Positions 24,901 through 32,118 of a stretch of DNA of 64,000 nucleotides are shown one piece after another (within the stretch, counting starts at the first letter, position 1; every line of letters starts with the position of its first letter). Made by a program: the position numbers and the translations under genes. The stretch is from NCBI GenBank assembly GCA_002269645.1, contig NIVC01003131.1, positions 1,013-65,012 of the forward strand, read 5' to 3'. Source of the DNA: Macrostomum lignano. Taxonomy: Eukaryota. A model generated the notes under the pieces. The model worked only from the letters and a program-made list of their open reading frames with translations, ran no database searches and was not told where the DNA came from.

Positions 24901-27458
24901 TAGAGAGTAGAGAGTAGAGTGTAGAGAGAGTAGACAGTATAGGGAGGGTAGAGTTTAGAGAGAGAGTAGAGTGTAGAGGGAGAGTAGGAGTCGACGGAGA
25001 GTAGACATTAGAGGGAGTATGGGGTAGAGGGAGAGTAGAGAGGGTAGAGGGAGAGTAGAGTGGGTAGAGGGAGAGTAGAGGGTAGAGGGAGAGTAGAGAA
25101 GGTAGTAGAGTAGAGAGGGTAGAGGGAGAGTAGAGGGGTAGAGGGAGAGTAGAGAGGGTAGAGGGAGAGTAGAGGCTAGGGGGAGTATGGGGTAGAGGGA
25201 GAGTAGAGGGTATAGGGAGAGTAGAGAGTAGAGTGTAGAGAGAGAGAGTAGACAGTAGAGGGAGGGTAGAGTTTAGAGAGAAAGTAAAGTGTAGAGGGAG
25301 AGTAGAGTCGACGGATAGTAGACATTAGAGGGAGTATGGGGTAGAGGGAGAGTAGAGAGGGTAGAGGGAGGGTATAGAGGATGGAACGAGAGTAGAGAAA
25401 GTATTGGAACAGAAAGAGAGGAGTAGAGGGGATAGAGGGAGAGTAGAGGGGATAGAGGGAGAGTAGAGAGGGTAGAGGGAGGGTATAGAGGATGGAAGGA
25501 GAGTAGAGAAAGTATTGGAACAGAAAGAGAGGAGTAGAGGGGATAGAGGAAGAGGGGGATTAGCAGGAGAGGGAAAGGGCAGGTGGAGATGGAAAAAATA
25601 GAGAAAGAGGGTAGAGAAAAGAGAAGTAGAGGATAAGCGTAGGTTAGAGGGGAAGAGCGGGACCCAACAACTCTTGCACAAGAGCCAGCCCCCAAGGCGC
25701 AGGTTGTGCACTGTCTGATTATGGAAAAGTCAGGGCACCCTGTACACCCTGCGAGCGCGTGCTCAGCGGGAATGGGCGGTGTTTGCTCAGCCTGAGCAGC
25801 ATACTCGCAGTAGCACATTAGGACCTGCACTCTCACACACGCGCAGAGAGCTCACAGCTGGCACAAGGCAGACACAAAAACAGAATAACAAGAAAGAAGT
25901 TAAAGAACTTGAAAAACCTCGTCAGTCCCTCCCTCCCTCCCTACACTACTGTCTGTCTGTCTGTCCGGCTCAGTTTAACGGTGCCAAGCGCTTAGTGAAT
26001 ACGAACGAACTCCCTCGCTTAAAGCTCAGCTCAAAGCCCCTTGGCAACCCAGCAGAGAGACAGAATGGCGATACACGAGTAGATATGGAATTGTCTTCTG
26101 CTCAGCCAAAACCTTCACAGACTTAAAAACACAATATGAGCTCAAACTACAGCGGAGGGTTGGGGGCTGAGAGTTGACAGCATAACGCCCCGGCAAAAGC
26201 TCGTCAGGTCTTCATTCTTCAAGAAACCGAATACCTACCTAACAGCAGACAAGGCGCTCAGAATGGCAGTGTTAGAAATTCAATTTCATGCTTCATATCG
26301 CACAATATTTAAAGACTGCAGCTCAAAGTTGCTCGGCTGTGGCTGCAGTACAATGCTCTTACTGATCATTTATCTAAACCGTTCTCTAGCGTCAAAGCCT
26401 ACTACTCACTTAAGAAGCTCGCTATGGAGCATATCCAACTTAACTTGGTTTTTGATGTGTTAAAACATACAGACTCGCTATATGTACCCTAAGTATCCCT
26501 AAATATCTACTAGAAAGCCTACTGGATTCACTTTATCTACCCTAAAACCTACCCGATTCGTTGTATCTACCCTAAAACCTACCCGATTCGTTGTATCTAC
26601 CCTAAAACCTACCCGATTCGTTGTATCTACCATAAAACCTACTGGATTCATTTTAACCACCCTAAAACCTACGAGTACCGGATTCGCTATATCTACCCTA
26701 AAATCTACCCGATTCGCTGTATCTACCCTAAAACCTACCCGATTCGCTGTATCTACCCTAAAACCTACCCGATTCGCTGTATCTACCCTAAAACCTACCC
26801 GATTCTCTGTCTCTACCCTAAAACCTACCCGATGCACTTTTTCTACCCTAAACCTACCCGATTCGCTGTATCTACCCCAAAACCTACCCGATGCATGTTA
26901 TCTACCCTAAAACCTACCCGTTTCGATGTATCTACCCCAAAACCTACCCGATTCGCTATATGTAACCTAAATATCTACCAGAAAAAAACCTACCGGATTC
27001 ACTTTATCTGCCTAAAATACCTAAAACCTACCAGATTTGCTATATCTACACTAAAATCTATTGGAATCGCTATAGATATTCTAAAGGTTACTAAACTTGC
27101 AATGCCCTACTTTAAAACCTGCCATATCAATCTGCCTACCCTTTAAGAATAATAAGTTTGGGGTATCTACCAAAAAGCAGTACTCACCGAGATAACAGTC
27201 TACTCAAGTTGTAACTTATCTGATAAAACCTGATTTGCTTACTTAATCCATTGGAGAAACCTCACAAATCTGCATAGAGATGTTTCCTACTAATCAATGA
27301 TTCCATAAAAATACATTAAAGTTGCAAACGATACTACTTACAGTAAAACATTAAAGAAATGACGATATAGCCTATAAAACAAATATTGTATAATCGTGAA
27401 AAGCCTAACTCACGTGAATAACTTTTTCCAGTTTTTGATCCCGCTCTCCTGATGTCAT
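631..27458 (-). CDS. CROCC: Rootletin (ciliary rootlet coiled-coil protein), multi-exon, 3' part lies beyond window start
   Basis: Exons with GT-AG ends and consistent phases: 27414-27458, 22896-23207, 13348-13515, 11903-11980 (or 12250-12333), 9707-9822, 6568-7216, 5831-6088, 4808-5035, 3272-4277, 2957-3126, 2122-2373, 1248-1663, 631-945. Hallmark rootletin peptides: IRDSITRNL, RAERDQLSIRYNALSER, SYKRKLATYQEGQQRQAQLVQKLQAK, DLESALIRLEEEQQR, SASLAHVNAMLREQLDQA, ERDESLMLAENDKQQAL, EAKRELQELRRQVKMLD. Confidence 0.93.
979..1200. repeat. 22-bp minisatellite (CTGACCGGTTCTCACTGCCTGT)
   Basis: About 10 units. Confidence 0.9.
1248..1663 (-). CDS. CROCC: Rootletin exon with a 1-bp deletion near 1286 (TVASELDR...EAVEKSNEELRKK)
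   Basis: 416 bp between good splice sites, one short of 417. Restoring one G in CGG(G)AAG gives REAVEKSNEELRKK, matching the rootletin SNEELR motif. Confidence 0.88.
1800..2045 (+). mobile_element. SINE copy, degenerate head, in a rootletin intron
   Basis: AAATTGGAATCTCGGCTTGG and AATAAAGTTAGGGTCACTGTACACTCCTGTGTG shared with the 52590 copy. Confidence 0.7.
2122..2373 (-). CDS. CROCC: Rootletin exon (DNQRAEYE...THAELQ, 84 aa)
   Basis: CAG acceptor, CAG|GTGCGA donor, 252 bp, phase 0-0. Confidence 0.92.
2455..2900. repeat. ~30-35-bp array containing GTCACGTGAC/T
   Basis: Tandem units interrupted by the MITE at 2709-2825. Confidence 0.85.
2709..2825. mobile_element. Small MITE-like insertion within a tandem array
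   Basis: Imperfect ~26-bp TIRs (GGGGCCCGTTCTATAAAGCCATCGTAAG vs reverse complement GGGGTCGTACTATAAAGCTGTCGTAG); no clear TSD. Confidence 0.55.
2957..3126 (-). CDS. CROCC: Rootletin exon (EISRITKE...ERLTKEK)
   Basis: 170 bp, phase 1-0, AAG|GTGAGC donor; phase matches the upstream exon. Confidence 0.88.
3272..4277 (-). CDS. CROCC: Rootletin large coiled-coil exon (VRSALNEQ...KKENLN)
   Basis: 1006 bp open frame, phase 0-1, CAG acceptor, G|GTAAGC donor. Confidence 0.93.
4808..5035 (-). CDS. CROCC: Rootletin exon (VQELRGKL...RSQLEK, 76 aa)
   Basis: 228 bp, phase 0-0, canonical splice sites. Confidence 0.9.
5158..5770. repeat. ~22-bp minisatellite (GGGGCGCCAATGGGAAAATCAT)
   Basis: Visible tandem units. 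Confidence 0.9.
5831..6088 (-). CDS. CROCC: Rootletin exon (GADDAATR...RSRSPAFADSTYSAVQAALNKRALQ, 86 aa)
   Basis: 258 bp, phase 0-0; AVQAALNKRxLQ motif typical of rootletin. Confidence 0.92.
6118..6470. repeat. ~35-bp AT-rich array (GATTTGATATTGATCTCAAATAATCTCACCCAT)
   Basis: Visible tandem units. Confidence 0.85.
6568..7216 (-). CDS. CROCC: Rootletin domain exon (SASLAHVNAMLREQLDQ...SAEPP)
   Basis: 649 bp, phase 2-0; EHNRLLSLWR motif of the rootletin N-terminal domain. Confidence 0.94.
7310..7845. repeat. 20-bp minisatellite (TGATTCACATATCTCAGCCT)
   Basis: Visible units, degenerating rightwards. Confidence 0.9.
8680..9300. repeat. ~20-bp purine-rich array (GGGCGGAAGTGATGAGGGTG)
   Basis: Visible tandem units. 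Confidence 0.85.
9707..9822 (-). CDS. CROCC: Rootletin exon (NDSYQFK...DLESALIRLEEEQQR)
   Basis: 116 bp, phase 0-2, AG|GTGGGC donor. Confidence 0.9.
10055..11565. repeat. 24-bp minisatellite (CCAGTCCCTCACTATACCCCTGCC)
   Basis: About 60 units. Confidence 0.93.
11903..11980 (-). CDS. CROCC: Rootletin exon variant A (VLQYKKKCSEMEAKVQVMEQEADRKR)
   Basis: 78 bp, phase 0-0, AAG acceptor, CGC|GTGAGT donor; matches the vertebrate ILQYKKRCSELE motif. Confidence 0.85.
12250..12333 (-). CDS. CROCC: Rootletin exon variant B (VLAYKKKVSESDLENQRLKTQLRSFKQS), paralogous to variant A
   Basis: 84 bp, phase 0-0, TTAG acceptor, TCG|GTGATC donor; N-terminal VLxYKKKxSE shared with variant A. Confidence 0.6.
12720..13210. 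repeat. 9-bp purine-rich array (GAGGGGATA/GAGGGCATG)
   Basis: Visible tandem units. Confidence 0.85.
13348..13515 (-). CDS. CROCC: Rootletin exon (QHEDPGDD...QAQLVQKLQAK, 56 aa)
   Basis: CTAAC branch point plus pyrimidine tract plus CAG|CAG acceptor; AAG|GTGAGT donor. The upstream boundary could be longer because the frame stays open to 14043. Confidence 0.82.
13850..13863. promoter_or_regulatory. X-box-like RFX site (GCTTCCATAGCAAC, one mismatch)
   Basis: Compared with the GTHNYYATRRNAAC consensus. Confidence 0.4.
14320..14355 (-). CDS. Candidate alternative first coding exon of rootletin (MTDDGFDYVDYR)
   Basis: ATG in frame with a strong phase-0 CGC|GTAAGT donor; RFX half-sites (TAGCAAC x2, GTTGCT) immediately upstream. 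Confidence 0.5.
15686..15757 (-). CDS. Candidate alternative first exon (MVTVFSRPPLHSSPSRAASRRGKQ)
   Basis: ATG within an X-box, in frame with a phase-0 CAG|GTGAGG donor. Confidence 0.3.
15750..15763. promoter_or_regulatory. RFX X-box (GTAACCATGGCAAC)
   Basis: Full match to GTHNYYATRRNAAC inside a ciliary gene. Confidence 0.6.
16527..16559 (-). CDS. Candidate alternative first or cassette exon (MQLQEAAINWQ)
   Basis: ATG in frame with a phase-0 CAG|GTGTTC donor; perfect X-box ~220 bp upstream. Confidence 0.3.
16777..16790. promoter_or_regulatory. RFX X-box (GTTACCATGGCAAC)
   Basis: Canonical near-palindromic X-box inside a ciliary gene. Confidence 0.7.
16985..17865. repeat. 16-bp minisatellite GAGGATTAGGGATGAT containing TTAGGG
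   Basis: About 55 units. Confidence 0.92.
19732..20028. mobile_element. hAT-type MITE, 297 bp
   Basis: Perfect 14-bp TIRs (CATACATGCGCAAC / GTTGCGCATGTATG), 8-bp TSD TTCTGGAT (19724-19731 and 20029-20036), subterminal TGCGAC and TCGGCC repeats; interrupts a 49-bp tandem array. Confidence 0.9.
19858..19921 (+). pseudogene. 28S rRNA-derived fragment (H69-H71 region) inside the MITE
   Basis: GGGTAAACGGtaGGAGTAACTATGACT and AAATGCCTCGTCAgCTAcTTAGT match recalled eukaryotic 28S GGGTAAACGGCGGGAGTAACTATGACT-CTCTTAAGGTAGCC-AAATGCCTCGTCATCTAATTAGT. Confidence 0.85.
20925..21275. repeat. ~26-bp array (GGGATAGAAGTAGATGGGAGAAATGA)
   Basis: Visible tandem units. Confidence 0.85.
22560..22832. repeat. 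29-bp array (GATCACGTGACCTACAGAAGCAACCTTGG)
   Basis: About 9 units, each with TCACGTGA. Confidence 0.88.
22896..23207 (-). CDS. CROCC: Rootletin exon 2 (RLEQSVLK...IRYNALSER, 104 aa)
   Basis: 312 bp, phase 0-0; matches the vertebrate N-terminus (LESSVL, IREIVTRNL, RAERDELAIKYNAVSER). Confidence 0.92.
24370..25630. repeat. Polypurine GAGAGTAGAGG-type low-complexity tract
   Basis: Almost entirely G/A on the plus strand for ~1.2 kb. Confidence 0.85.
26500..27050. repeat. 30-bp array (CTACCCTAAAACCTACCCGATTCGCTGTAT)
   Basis: Visible tandem units. Confidence 0.85.
27414..27458 (-). CDS. CROCC: Rootletin first coding exon (MTSGERDQKLEKVIH)
   Basis: ATG in frame with CAC|GTGAGT donor; KLEKVIH-RLEQSVL parallels vertebrate TLETVIQ-TLESSVL; CAG acceptor 5 nt upstream (27464-27466). 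Confidence 0.7.
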
Positions 27459-28969
27459 AGCATCTGCAATGTAAAAATGAACACTTCAATTGAGCTGAGT
27501 CACAGAAGCTTTACCTTAAAGAATCAAATCTTGGCCATTGATCAAATATTATCATAGGAAATTATTGGTCAAGGAGATAAAGTTTAATAGGTCTAATCAA
27601 CTTAAGTTTATTAATTCTAGAGGGATAAAATAAGAAATAGCCTACACAGTTTTATATAGCATTTTGGCCATTTTGATTAATTTTCAGGCCTTAATGACTT
27701 AATATAACAAGCCCATGTGATAACTGTCAGTCAATGCCAAAAATGTTTGAATAAATCCATCACAAAAAACTCCCAAGTATACTTTGAATTAAAAGGTATT
27801 GCATTGTAATATATCATAGAAAAAGTAGGAAAATAGTTTAGTGTTCAGTATATTTAGTGGCACACTTCATATTATAACAAATATAAGTTCTTTGGGTTTA
27901 CATCAGATAATTAGTCATATTTCAAATTACAATTATAGCCAAGCTAAAAAGGTAACCAAACAAATTTTTGCCAAATATACCTTACCCCTTGTAGCTTAGA
28001 TTTATATAAAACTTATATGCTAGAAAACATTCTTCCTTAGCCTTGACATCTTAGCAATCCCTCCATAACTATTGATATCTTAGCCATTCCCCTAAAAACC
28101 TTGACATTTCAGAAACTTCCCTTGTAATCATTGACATATTAACAATCCCCTATAAGCTTTGGTACCTTAGTAATTCTCTTTAAAAGTCACAGAATTGTGG
28201 CAATTTGCAATTTTGCCAAGCATTAATATCTTAGCAATTCCTAATGAATCTTTTATATTTGATATAATGGTTTTTTATGCTAGACACGATGCTCATTTTA
28301 TTTTCAACATAATATTTTATATGCTTGATATGATATAATACACTACTTTGGTATTTAACATACCACTTTTTAATTCCAACATTAATAAAAGCCTTTAATA
28401 AAGAAATTTTACATTACTAAGATTTGAACCAAGGTTGTTACATTAGCAATTCAGTCTATTCACATCTAGTCTAGGCCTAGCTCTTATCAATTTGATAACA
28501 TAAATTGTAGCACTAATATTTCAATATTTATACTAAGTTAATTAGAATAAGTCACATGAAGCAATCATAACATAATCAATCAATCAGATAGTCAGTATTA
28601 GTCTCTATCTAGTTTAGAAGAACACAATTTAGCCAGTAAATAAAAACAAATAGAGCCTAGTATACTGTGATCTTTACTTTATTAGAATTAGAACTTAGCT
28701 TAATAATTTTTTTCCAACATTTGTTATAATGAATTTCAAGCTGAAAGTCTATTAAATTTTGTGAAAAGCATAATTTTCACTGATTCAATCCCTTTAACAT
28801 TGAGCAATTTCTTAGCTATGACATATATACTAAATACTATTATATGAAGAGTACAAGTTTCACAAAAATCAGTCAAGCCATTTTTATTAAAAATTAATAT
28901 ATGATGAACATATAGACAAACCATTCTTAGTAAATTTAGGATCTTAGAAACATTTTTTATTAGAAGCAG

Positions 28970-29308
28970 GGGGTTGTGTGCACCCTGGCGCACTTTAAGC
29001 GACATCAACACACAACTGGCAAGAGGCATTACTGCCCATTCTGCCGACTCCCCTTAGTAGGCATACAAACGTGAGGATATATACACAGGCACACACTCAC
29101 ATAGGTGTACAGCAGCCCTAACTTTATATTATCTTTAGGCATGTACACTTCACTGTGCCTTGGGGGGTTGGCTCTCAAGGCCATTAATTGTACGAGCAGA
29201 GCCAAGCTGAGATTCCAATTCAGCCCCAAATTAATGTGACTGCACTTGGAATCAAGCCTGGGTTGCTGGCATACCAAAGCAGCTATGCTACCGCTGGGCT
29301 ATGCCCCC
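28970..29308 (-). mobile_element. tRNA-derived SINE, same family
   Basis: A-box TAGCCCAGCGG (29291-29301), decayed B-box GGCTTGATTCC (29248-29258), body AATTGGAATCTCaGCTTGG...AAAGTTAGGGCtGCTGTACAC. Confidence 0.75.
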
Positions 29309-29529
29309 CTATCTTAGAAACATAGTAAAGGTAGGTAGATTGATCCCATTATTAACCTTAGTTTAGGCTAAGTACATAAGTAAAAACTCTAAAGTAAAGT
29401 AATTAGAGCAATTAAGCACAAATTTATTTGTTCTGCATGATAAGTCCTGCAAAGTTTCTTGCTAAATTGGACAAGAAAAATTGTCTCTAGCAAATTACAA
29501 CTTCGTAAATTGCTACTTGCCAGTTTTGG

Positions 29530-29795
29530 TTAGATTATCGCTAGCAGATTTTGGCTAACAAAATTCCTGTTAGCAGATTTCGGCTAGCAAAATCCTCACT
29601 AGCAAAATTCCTGCTAGCAAACTTCAGTTAGTAGATTTTGGCTAGCAAACTTTGTCTAGCAGATTTCGGCAAGCAAATTTTAGATAGCAGATTTTGGCTA
29701 GTAGATTTCGGCTAGCAAACTTCGGCTAGCAGATTTCGGCTAGCAAATTTCTCGCTAGCAAACTTCGGCTAGCAGATTTCCTGCTAGCAAATTTC
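29530..29795. repeat. Degenerate TTCGGCTAGCAAA/GAT array
   Basis: Repeated CTAGCA cores. Confidence 0.7.
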
Positions 29796-30190
29796 ATAGA
29801 CCCATTTCAATCCCCATAATTATACCATAGAATCTAATAATAAATCTAGTAACTTAATATTAGTACAAAAGAAGAAATAATTAATAGTAATTCAAAAGGC
29901 GCTGCATTAAATTAAGCCATCACTAAAAAATCACTAAAAACAATCACTCAAATTACCCTAAATATATGCAATTAAATTTAGGCCTGATTTAATTTATTAA
30001 TGAAAATATTTTGTAGTGGGCCCCTAGCTCGAATTAATAATAATTAATAATAATAATAGCAGTACAAAAAAAATCATTTCGCGTCCTGCTTCTTGTTCTC
30101 TGTTACACAGTAGCACCGACATGAGACTGAGAGGGTCAGGTCGGAAACCACCACAGAGAGGAGAGTCAAAAGTCAAAAAGGGTGAAATAA

Positions 30191-30505
30191 TGTAGTACAC
30201 CTTAATTTCGTAATTTAAATTGGTGCCAACTCGAGGCGTGTGTTAAGTAAAGCAAAGTAATCGCATAGCAATGTAATAATACACGTATATTTTCGTTTCG
30301 TTCAATAATTTATATTCGTAACTTTATATCAGCTGAATTTCATCGCCTTAGCTCGATGGTGAGTCCAATAAATGCTGAATCATAGCTCGAACTGTTACTG
30401 GCCATGCTTTAGAGTGTGCCTAGTAAGCAGGCAGCTGTGCAAGCTTGTGATTGGGCGGTCAAGGCTCAAAGTCAAATTTAGTGTCCTGCCTCCGTTCCTG
30501 TTACA
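30191..30505 (+). repeat. 5' LTR (315 bp)
   Basis: TGTAGTAC...TGTTACA; 2 mismatches vs the 3' LTR by eye; AATAAA inside. Confidence 0.96.
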
Positions 30506-30507
30506 TT

Positions 30508-30525
30508 TGGCGACCACGCCAGGAC
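30508..30525 (+). other. Primer-binding site TGGCGACCACGCCAGGAC, probably tRNA-Arg
   Basis: 18 nt starting TGG, 2 nt after the LTR; complement GTCCTGGCGTGGTCG-CCA resembles recalled tRNA-Arg 3' ends. Confidence 0.75.
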
Positions 30526-30576
30526 GAATTTCTTCATAGCATAAAAGACCGAAGGTTGCACCTGTCATCGATCATC

Positions 30577-32118
30577 ATGTGGTCAGAACGTGAGGCAGAA
30601 GAGCCTCAACGGCTAAGACTGAGAAATCGCGATATTTTACGTCCGACCGCTGCGGCTACGGCTTACACCTCTTCGTCAACCAGTGAGCCAGAATCCGAAC
30701 GGGAGGCGAACTGGCGGCGCTATCAAGAGCTTCGTGACCTCGATCCTGTGCAAATCTCTGTCGATGAAGCACGCTGCTGTCAGTCTCAAGTGCCAGTGCC
30801 CCCCGGGCCCGGCCAACCGTCAACGAACTACATGGCGACGGGAGACTCATTCCTGCTGGACACCAGGCCTTCCGCGGCAGCTGCGGCAGCTGCAGTGACA
30901 CATCCACCAAGACCCTCTGTGCACCGTATGGCCGAACCATGGGCTCCGTTGCTCCAAGGCGGATCTCACCCTGGCGCTGGCGACCGCAACCTGTGCGCAC
31001 CGGTATATCAACAAGCAATCCAGCTTCCGTCGGTGCCGAAGCCGGCGCCCTTCAACGGATCCGAACCGTTCGATGACTTTCTGGGTCGAGTGTCTTCGTA
31101 TTTAAGCCGGCACCAAGGACTGAGTGACTACAGCAAGATCAACACGCTCAGCAGTTACCTGGGACCAGCATTCGCTACCTACGAGGTCTGGCTCTACCAA
31201 CTGTGCGCGCAGCATGGACAGCCCGTTGGGACTTCACTGCAGTTCCTGCCAGGTGCCCGCTATGAAGATCTCCTGCAGCACCTTCGCGCTCGTCATGGCG
31301 GTGCCACCAGCACTGCGCTACTTCGGCGCGAGCTTCACAGTCGGTGCCGGGGCAGGGACGAGAGGTTCGAGGATTTTCTGACTGCCCTCCAGCGACTCGC
31401 GTTCAAGGCCTACCCAGAGCTCGGTGCTCAAGACTGTCGCCAGCAGACTGTGCTTGAGCGGTTCATTCAAGGGCTGAACGACAACTACGTGACGGAGCGG
31501 CTGCTTAATATGCAGCTGCCTCTTACTACACCGGATCAGGCCCTGCATTATGCCCAGCAAGTGCGCGAGACCCGGCAGATAATGAATTCCCAGTCGCAGC
31601 ACCACAGCGCCGAGGCGTCAGCTCCAGCGGCACCGGTTCAGTCAACACCGACAGGAACCCGACCGCAGCATGGGCCACAGACGACACAACATCACCAGCC
31701 AGCGGCTCATCGAGCGCAGACAGCCCCAGCGCCACCATGGAGATCAGCTGACGCCGCTGCACATCAACAGCAGCAGCCTAGGGCGGTGCCCATCTGCTAC
31801 GGCTGCCATCAGCCTGGCCACATCCGCCGGAGGTGCCCAAACGCTGGGGGGCTGGTCCAATGGGCCAGCACCGGCCCTCTCAGCACTAAACAGTTCGGCC
31901 CAGCCCCCACGCCCCAGCTGCCAGCCCGACCAAGTGCGCTTCATCACCTCGCGCATGCTCAGAAAACGCCGGCCGTGCATGATCGACACCGGTGCCGAGA
32001 TCTCCTGCATCAACGGCGACATCGTGCACTCGGCCAGGCTCAGACGGCAGCTGAGACCCAGCTCAACAACCATCTATGGCGTGGGCGGCAATCAAGCAAC
32101 AGTGCTGGGCGAAATTGA
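30577..32118 (+). CDS. gag: Gag (capsid-like region plus CCHC zinc knuckle CYGCHQPGHIRRRC)
   Basis: ATG at 30577; Gypsy gag-like ERFEDFLTALQRLAFKAYP and ERFIQGL. The true C-terminus or junction with pol is probably near 31850-31940. Confidence 0.88.
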   Translation: MWSEREAEEPQRLRLRNRDILRPTAAATAYTSSSTSEPESEREANWRRYQELRDLDPVQISVDEARCCQSQVPVPPGPGQPSTNYMATGDSFLLDTRPSAAAAAAAVTHPPRPSVHRMAEPWAPLLQGGSHPGAGDRNLCAPVYQQAIQLPSVPKPAPFNGSEPFDDFLGRVSSYLSRHQGLSDYSKINTLSSYLGPAFATYEVWLYQLCAQHGQPVGTSLQFLPGARYEDLLQHLRARHGGATSTALLRRELHSRCRGRDERFEDFLTALQRLAFKAYPELGAQDCRQQTVLERFIQGLNDNYVTERLLNMQLPLTTPDQALHYAQQVRETRQIMNSQSQHHSAEASAPAAPVQSTPTGTRPQHGPQTTQHHQPAAHRAQTAPAPPWRSADAAAHQQQQPRAVPICYGCHQPGHIRRRCPNAGGLVQWASTGPLSTKQFGPAPTPQLPARPSALHHLAHAQKTPAVHDRHRCRDLLHQRRHRALGQAQTAAETQLNNHLWRGRQSSNSAGRN

